From: an uncultured Poribacteria bacterium
Lineage (GTDB): Bacteria > Poribacteria > WGA-4E > WGA-3G
NCBI GenBank assembly: GCA_951813565.1
Contig: OX638351.1
Span: forward strand, 4,717,506 to 4,781,505
Reading direction: 5' to 3'
Length of the DNA: 64,000 bases
Below, piece by piece: positions 57,812 through 64,000 of this stretch. The notes below the pieces were generated by a model, which worked only from the letters and a program-made list of their open reading frames with translations, was not told where the DNA came from and ran no database searches. The translations under genes and the position numbers were made by a program. The number at the start of each line of letters is the position of its first letter. Position 1 is the stretch's first letter.

Positions 57812-59839
57812 ATGCAGAAACAGAAAGTTATAAGAAAAATTGGCGTTGACACGGGCGGCACTTTCACCGACATCATCATGTCTGTGGAAGATTCTATTTG
57901 GACACATAAAGTGCTTTCCACACCACGCAATCCTGCTCACGCTGTTATAAAAGGTGTGAGTGAAATATTGAATACTCACAACATAGATTCTTATGACAAT
58001 GTAGATATTGTTCACGGTTCTACTGTTGCTACAAACGCCCTACTTGAACGTAGAGGCGCACGTATTGCCCTTGTTACCACAAAGGGTTTTGAAGATGTTT
58101 TAGAAATCGGAAGGCAGGCGCGCCCCAATCTCTACGATATATTTGTCGAACGCCCCGCACCACTTGTGTCTGCAGAACGCCGATTCGGTGTCCGAGAACG
58201 AACATTGCATACGGGTGAAATTCAAACTGAAATTTCTTCCTCCGATCTTGAGACACTCGCAACACGTCTCGCAACGTTAAATTTAGATGCGATTGCGATA
58301 TGTTTCCTTTTCTCTTATGTCAATCCGAAAAATGAACAGATTGTCGCAGATTATCTCGCAAGTCTCAATATACCGATTTCATGTTCTTACGAAATCCTGC
58401 CCGAATACCGTGAGTATGCGCGTTTTAGTACCACTGTTGCGAATGCATATATCCGTCCCACGTTGGAAAGGCATCTATCTACGCTTACCGAATCGGAGCG
58501 TTTTCCCAAGTCCTTTCGTTTGATGCTCTCAAACGGTGGTTGTATCTCTACAAGGAATTTTAAATCTGCGGGTATCCAAACGGTGCTTTCTGGACCCGCT
58601 GGTGGCGTTATCGGTGCGTACCACGTCGCCAAAACTGCAGGATATGAAAAGATTATCACTTTTGATATGGGTGGAACTTCTACGGATGTCAGTCTGTGTG
58701 ATGACGGCATCTCTATGACAACTGAAAGCACAATCAGCGGTTTGCCGATTAAAGTGCCGTTAATTGACATCCATACTGTCGGTGCTGGCGGCGGTTCTAT
58801 CGCCACTGTGGATTCGGGGGGTGCGTTACGCGTCGGTCCTGAAAGTGCAGGGGCTGACCCCGGACCGATATGTTACGGTAACAACGGAAAAGAAATTACT
58901 GTGACTGATGCTAATCTATTTTTAGGACGTATTTCACCAACGCAGTTTTTAGGCGGACAGATGTCGCTTGCTTATGATGCTACGCAACAATATATTGAAA
59001 AGTTTGCTGATCGTATCGGACTGTCGGCACTTGAAACTGCAGATGGTATTTTAAAGATTGCCAACGCAGCAATGGAACGTGCTATCAAAGTAATATCTGT
59101 TGAACGCGGGTTTGATACACGTGATTTTACGCTCGTGTCATTCGGTGGGGCAGGCGGGTTGCACGCCGCATTTCTTGCTGAAAACCTCGGAATAGGTACT
59201 GTACTTATTCCACCAAACGGGGGTTTGCTCTCTGCTTACGGTATGCTATTTGCCGATGTTGTCAAGGATTACTCACAGACGGTGTTATGGAAAACTGAAG
59301 GTAGTGGCATGGATTTACACAAACAATTAGAGAACGGTTTTGACGCGCTGCTCATCCGCGCAAAGAGCGATATGGAATCGGAAGGGTTTGATTTATCACA
59401 ACTCAATATCAAACGTTCACTGGATATGCGGTATGAGGGGCAATCTTATGAGTTGAATGTGTCTTATATAGATGTGGATACGGATTTTGTGCGTCAATTT
59501 CATGCCATGCACGAACAGCGATTTAGTTATGCACGTCCTGAGGCAACGGTTGAGGTGGTAACCCTACGCCTCTCTGCCATCGGTGAAACTGAAAAACCAG
59601 CTCGGACTTCTGAACCGCTGACAGATGCTGACCCTTCCGATGCTCGAATATCGCAAAACAGTGTTATCTTTGATGGTGATGTTTATCCAACTGACTTTTA
59701 TCAACGGGAGTCGCTGCGTCCCGGTAATCGGATACAGGGTCCGGCAATTATAACAGAATTCAGCGCGACGACTGTTGTCCCACCCAATTTTTTTGGTGCT
59801 GTTGATGTGTATGGGAATCTGATTTTGGAGCAGAGGTAG
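57812..59839 (+). CDS. hydantoinase/oxoprolinase family protein (HyuA-like, ATP-dependent)
   Basis: 675 aa; N-terminal IGVDTGGTFTD sugar-kinase/Hsp70-fold ATPase motif and Hydantoinase_A core (DMGGTSTD). No adjacent HyuB partner. Confidence 0.88.
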   Translation: MQKQKVIRKIGVDTGGTFTDIIMSVEDSIWTHKVLSTPRNPAHAVIKGVSEILNTHNIDSYDNVDIVHGSTVATNALLERRGARIALVTTKGFEDVLEIGRQARPNLYDIFVERPAPLVSAERRFGVRERTLHTGEIQTEISSSDLETLATRLATLNLDAIAICFLFSYVNPKNEQIVADYLASLNIPISCSYEILPEYREYARFSTTVANAYIRPTLERHLSTLTESERFPKSFRLMLSNGGCISTRNFKSAGIQTVLSGPAGGVIGAYHVAKTAGYEKIITFDMGGTSTDVSLCDDGISMTTESTISGLPIKVPLIDIHTVGAGGGSIATVDSGGALRVGPESAGADPGPICYGNNGKEITVTDANLFLGRISPTQFLGGQMSLAYDATQQYIEKFADRIGLSALETADGILKIANAAMERAIKVISVERGFDTRDFTLVSFGGAGGLHAAFLAENLGIGTVLIPPNGGLLSAYGMLFADVVKDYSQTVLWKTEGSGMDLHKQLENGFDALLIRAKSDMESEGFDLSQLNIKRSLDMRYEGQSYELNVSYIDVDTDFVRQFHAMHEQRFSYARPEATVEVVTLRLSAIGETEKPARTSEPLTDADPSDARISQNSVIFDGDVYPTDFYQRESLRPGNRIQGPAIITEFSATTVVPPNFFGAVDVYGNLILEQR

Positions 59840-59923
59840 TTTTGTCCAAATTGATTGACTTCTAATGTAGTATTGTGGTAAACTTCAACTTGTGAATCAC
59901 AATCCTTTTAGCGGAGTTAACCT

Positions 59924-61540
59924 ATGCCTACACTTGAATTCAACGGAAAACACCATATTTATACCTACCACCTCACTGTTCCCTACCGCCCACTTGAAAA
60001 AGACGAAAGCCGCTCCTGCAACGCGACCAGTGAAAACGATAACCTAATTATTCACGGTGACAACCTGCATGCCTTAAAAGCATTGTTGCCTCGCTATGTG
60101 AACCGAATCAAGTGTATTTATATTGATCCACCCTACAACACGGGCAACGAAGGATGGGTTTACAACGACAACGTAAACAGTCCGTTGATGCAGGAATGGC
60201 TAAAAGAAAATGGACCAGTTGATGAAGAAGACCTTGAGAAACATGAAAAGTGGCTCTGTATGATGTGGCCAAGGTTGCACCTGCTCAAAGAACTCCTTGC
60301 CGAAGATGGCGTAATTTTTATTTCTATTGATGATAACGAACAACACCGCTTGCGGATGTTGATGGATGATATTTTCGGAGGACAAAACTTCGTCACAAAC
60401 ATAATTTGGCAGAAAAAATTTAGTCCGCAAAATGACGCAAAATATTTTTCGGATAATCACGATTTTGTGGTATGTTACGCAAAGAATAAAGAGACATGGA
60501 GGCCGGTTTTACTGCCGCGAACCGAAAAACATAACAAGCGATATTCTAATCCCGACAATGATCCCCGAGGACCTTGGAGTTCAAGCGGATTAGATGTTAA
60601 AACCTATCAAGAAGAATACGACTACCCAATCACTACTCCATCAGGACGAATTGTTAATCCTCCGACAAGTAGATGTTGGAGGTGTAGTAAAGAGAAATTT
60701 GATGAACTAATTAATGACAATCGGATATGGTTTGGTGAAGAAGGCAATAATGTTCCTCGCGTAAAGCGGTTTCTATCAGAAGTTAAGCAAGGTATCACAC
60801 CTCTAACTGTATGGCTACATGAAGATGTTGGACATACTCAGAGTGCAACGCAGGGACTTAACAAGATCGGTGTTGCATTTTCAAACCCTAAACCGCATAC
60901 ACTGATAAAACGCATCTTACAAATCGGTACTGATCCCGATTCTATTATCCTTGACTCTTTTGCAGGCAGCGGTACTACCGCCCACGCTGTACTTGCCTTA
61001 AATAAGGAAGATGGTGGCAACCGCAAATTTATCCTCATTGAGTGTGAAGATTATGCCGACACTACCACTGCAGAACGGATTCGGCGCGTTATTAAGGGTG
61101 TTCCCGATGCAAGTGATGATGGACTGCGTGAAGGTTTAGGAGGATCTTTTACCTACTGTACCTTGGGTGAATCGCTTGAAATTGAGGCGATGCTTACCGG
61201 AAAGAAGTTACCAACATACACAACACTTGCTACTAATCTGTTGTTTACTTCTGCAGGTATTTCTATTGAGGATAATACGTTGGATCAGAAAAATGATGAC
61301 GGACTTTTTTACAGTGATGACAAAAACGATTACTATCTGATTTACAAACAAGACTTTGATTATTTACGTAGCAACGAAGCAATCCTAAATCTGGAGCATG
61401 CCAAACGTATCCAAGATTCCAGTACCGAAAACGGCAAAAAAGCGATTGTCTACGCGGCAGGAAATTATATCGGACAGCGCGAACTTACAAAGATGGGAAT
61501 TGCATTTTGCCAACTACCATATTGCATACATGAAAGATAA
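59924..61540 (+). CDS. mod: Type III restriction-modification system methyltransferase (Mod; beta-class N6-adenine/N4-cytosine MTase)
   Basis: 538 aa; motif IV DPPYN (IYIDPPYNTGNEGW) precedes motif I FAGSGTT (beta-class order); target-recognition region between. Confidence 0.88.
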   Translation: MPTLEFNGKHHIYTYHLTVPYRPLEKDESRSCNATSENDNLIIHGDNLHALKALLPRYVNRIKCIYIDPPYNTGNEGWVYNDNVNSPLMQEWLKENGPVDEEDLEKHEKWLCMMWPRLHLLKELLAEDGVIFISIDDNEQHRLRMLMDDIFGGQNFVTNIIWQKKFSPQNDAKYFSDNHDFVVCYAKNKETWRPVLLPRTEKHNKRYSNPDNDPRGPWSSSGLDVKTYQEEYDYPITTPSGRIVNPPTSRCWRCSKEKFDELINDNRIWFGEEGNNVPRVKRFLSEVKQGITPLTVWLHEDVGHTQSATQGLNKIGVAFSNPKPHTLIKRILQIGTDPDSIILDSFAGSGTTAHAVLALNKEDGGNRKFILIECEDYADTTTAERIRRVIKGVPDASDDGLREGLGGSFTYCTLGESLEIEAMLTGKKLPTYTTLATNLLFTSAGISIEDNTLDQKNDDGLFYSDDKNDYYLIYKQDFDYLRSNEAILNLEHAKRIQDSSTENGKKAIVYAAGNYIGQRELTKMGIAFCQLPYCIHER

Positions 61541-61549
61541 GGGGGAAAG

Positions 61550-64000
61550 ATGCTGGAATTAAAAACATATCAGCGCGATACACTCGACGCATTTAGCAAC
61601 TGGTTAGAGGTGCTTAATGAGGAGCGGCAAGCTTCAAAAACTACAATTGAACATTTGGAACAAGCGGGGAGTAGTATTAGTGACGATGTTCTCAATGAAA
61701 TAGGTAATTATCCCAAAACTGCGTGGCGGAAATTGAAAGAAAACGATGGCGTTGCAGCAACTGCAGGTGAATACGTTGATCGTAAGGATGGCGCAAACCG
61801 ACCAATTCCGCACATCTGTTTTAAAGTGCCGACAGGTGGCGGTAAAACGTTGCTTGCTGCATCTGCATTAGAACAACTGCATCGGCAGCGAGGACTGACA
61901 TTATGGGTTGTGCCAACAAAGGCTATCTTTGATCAAACAAAAGCTGCATTGTGGAACAAAGAACACCCCTATCGTAAAGTTTTGGAACGTGCAAGTGCTG
62001 GGCGCGTCAAGATGCTGGAAAGAGAACATCCATTTAACAGAGATGACATTACTAATTACCTTTGTGTCATGCTACTCATGTTGCCAGCAGCGAATAAATC
62101 GCCTGATAAAAAACTGAAAGACAAAGCGTACTACCGCATGTATAGAAATTCGGGGCGTTACGCGAGTTTTTTCCCTGACCATGACGACAAAGAAGGCAAT
62201 GCACTTATGCGAAAGAAATACTGCGATCTTGATTATAACGCTGAAAATGACTTTCCTATGCAAAGTCTCTTTAACGTAATCAAGTTACTGCGTCCTGTAG
62301 TTGTTCTTGACGAGGCACATAAGGCTTATGGCACTAAAAATGGACAGGAATTTGCAAGTTCTATTAACCGCCTTGACCCGCAAATGGTTATTGAACTCTC
62401 TGCTACACCGAACAGCGGCATTAGCAATTTGCTTGTTGATATTGCAGGCCCCGATCTCAAAAAAGAGGAAATGATTAAGTCGCCTGTACAAGTATCCTCA
62501 TTTTCAGGTATGACGTGGCAAAATACGTTGAGCGAGGCTTCCAAGGAACTTGAAAGGCTTGATGAGGAGGCAAGTTTGCTTGAAAGCAGTACGGATCGAT
62601 ATATCCGTCCGATCGCTGTTGTGCGCGTTGAGGTAACGGGTGCGAATCTGCAAGATGGCAAGCGAATCCATGCCGAAGATGTTCGAGATTACCTTACACA
62701 AAACTTAAATGTGCAACCAGAGGCTGTCCGCGTTAAATCTGCTTATAATGATCAACTCCGTGGGGAAAACTTACTATCCAAGGAATCACAGGTAAAATGG
62801 ATAATTACAAAATCTGCTTTGATGGAAGGATGGGACTGTTCGTTTGCATATCTGTTAGTGATGTTAGACAATACACGGTCGCAAAATGCAATTACGCAAC
62901 TCATAGGAAGAGTAATGCGGCAACCACATGCGCAACTTACGGGTAGAGAATCACTTGATCAATGTTATGTTTTTTGCAATGAGACCGATGTTGATGACGC
63001 TGTCAAGCAAGTTAAGAGAGGGTTAGAATCACAAGGACTTACTGGCATGGAAGATAAAATATTTGCTAAGGGTAATACCCAGGATCAAGCAGATTTCAAA
63101 ATAGAAAAGATACGCCGTCGCGAGCAATTTCGTGGGCAAGAGATTTATTTGCCAGTGGTACGCCATAAGGACGGTGACGAATGGATTCAACTCAATTATC
63201 AGGCACATATTTTGCCACATATAGATTGGCTTAGTATTAAACCACCCGATCTGAATGCGTCATCACCCGACGGACCAAGATTGCGAACAGCAACAGTTCC
63301 TATTGACGATGTGCCGCCTGTTTTCCATGAAGATCAAGAGCCTTATGTTGAAAAACAGGTTAGTGTTGCCGATTTTGCTCTCAGTTTGATTGACATTGTA
63401 TCAAATCCATGGCAAGCTGGTCGCATTGCAGAAGAATTGGTAGAAGGTCTAAAAAGAAGTGGAGATACTGATGAAAAAATCTACGACAGACGTTCATATC
63501 TCATTCCTATGTTACATGAACACGTGGCAAATGAATTAGAAAATCAAGCTGAGCAAATTTTCCAAAAAAAGTTGGATACTGGCGAAATTCAATTTGACTT
63601 AGCGGTAGGTGAACCGAATTATAAACTGCGTCAAAATTACAAAATTGAGGTACACGCCAATCAGAATTTACTTACAAAATATGGTAAACCTGTTCAACTC
63701 AGTCTGTTTGAACCTATGTATGAATATCCTTCAGATAACGAATTAGAAAAGAAATTTGCACATTTTCTTGATGGTGAGAAAGCACTGCAATGGTGGCATC
63801 GGGTAATAGCACGTCAACAAGGTGAATATTACGTGCAAGGTTGGAAAGATAGACGCATTTACCCAGACTTCGTTGCGATGGCGAAGGAAGTTGATGACAT
63901 GACGCGTGTTCTGATTTTTGAGACAAAAGGAACACATTTGGAAGGTAACCGTGACACAGAGTACAAGGAAAAGGTATTGAAAGTCCTTGAAGAAGTGTTT
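61550..64000 (+). CDS. res: Type III restriction enzyme Res subunit (SF2 helicase-like), C-terminally truncated by window edge
   Basis: Starts at ATG 61550 (GGGGGAAAG SD); Walker A-like KVPTGGGKT and DEAH-box VVVLDEAH. Runs off the window end, hence absent from the ORF track. 9 bp downstream of mod. Confidence 0.85.
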   Translation, partial: MLELKTYQRDTLDAFSNWLEVLNEERQASKTTIEHLEQAGSSISDDVLNEIGNYPKTAWRKLKENDGVAATAGEYVDRKDGANRPIPHICFKVPTGGGKTLLAASALEQLHRQRGLTLWVVPTKAIFDQTKAALWNKEHPYRKVLERASAGRVKMLEREHPFNRDDITNYLCVMLLMLPAANKSPDKKLKDKAYYRMYRNSGRYASFFPDHDDKEGNALMRKKYCDLDYNAENDFPMQSLFNVIKLLRPVVVLDEAHKAYGTKNGQEFASSINRLDPQMVIELSATPNSGISNLLVDIAGPDLKKEEMIKSPVQVSSFSGMTWQNTLSEASKELERLDEEASLLESSTDRYIRPIAVVRVEVTGANLQDGKRIHAEDVRDYLTQNLNVQPEAVRVKSAYNDQLRGENLLSKESQVKWIITKSALMEGWDCSFAYLLVMLDNTRSQNAITQLIGRVMRQPHAQLTGRESLDQCYVFCNETDVDDAVKQVKRGLESQGLTGMEDKIFAKGNTQDQADFKIEKIRRREQFRGQEIYLPVVRHKDGDEWIQLNYQAHILPHIDWLSIKPPDLNASSPDGPRLRTATVPIDDVPPVFHEDQEPYVEKQVSVADFALSLIDIVSNPWQAGRIAEELVEGLKRSGDTDEKIYDRRSYLIPMLHEHVANELENQAEQIFQKKLDTGEIQFDLAVGEPNYKLRQNYKIEVHANQNLLTKYGKPVQLSLFEPMYEYPSDNELEKKFAHFLDGEKALQWWHRVIARQQGEYYVQGWKDRRIYPDFVAMAKEVDDMTRVLIFETKGTHLEGNRDTEYKEKVLKVLEEVF

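Noticed and set aside
57337-58015. ORF-track ORFs 57337-57657(+), 57500-57808(+) and 57470-58015(-)
   Set aside because: They lie entirely within the nest of palindromic or interspersed repeats (57413-57735) and overlap one another. They have no SD and low-complexity translations, so they are almost certainly non-coding.

Overview
A ~64 kb chromosomal contig from an uncultivated bacterium, moderate GC (~43%), gene-dense on both strands. I found no rRNA, tRNA or CRISPR.

Housekeeping genes:
- Partial YvcK-like gene at the left edge
- Phosphohexomutase
- DUF368/PopT-like membrane protein, then nadK and recN
- A fused 1221-aa indolepyruvate:ferredoxin oxidoreductase-family protein
- aroE, zapA, an OmpA-family lipoprotein, an O-antigen-ligase-like protein, aquaporin, polA, a UbiD-family decarboxylase, and a hydantoinase-A homologue

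Accessory content between them:
- An IS1595-family IS (23-bp IRs, 8-bp TSD, frameshifted transposase).
- An IS5/IS427-group IS with a canonical A AAA AAA G programmed -1 frameshift.
- At least six families of REP/BIME/MITE-like interspersed repeats, some nested inside one another.
- A cluster of secreted, carbohydrate-related proteins: two tandem DUF1080 paralogs, a LamG-like protein, an FG-GAP/ASPIC protein and a sulfatase-like protein.
- Three tandem Hsp20 genes, preceded by a perfect sigma-54 -24/-12 element. One of them carries a strange Arg-rich N-terminal extension.
- A udk-like kinase divergently paired with a Walker-A-defective AAA+ protein, with a 16-bp perfect palindrome in the shared promoter region.
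- A Type III restriction-modification system (mod plus partial res) at the right edge.

The most novel-looking candidate is a 207-aa catalytic-domain-only tyrosine recombinase (FimB/FimE-like) next to a ~195-bp segment. That segment is flanked by 13-bp inverted repeats and contains a good sigma-70 promoter pointing into a downstream BMP-lipoprotein/dehydrogenase operon. This is the architecture of an invertible phase-variation switch.

Second candidate: a conserved ~130-bp palindrome-bearing upstream cassette with a variable poly-G tract (8 vs 19 G), shared by two unrelated secreted-protein genes.
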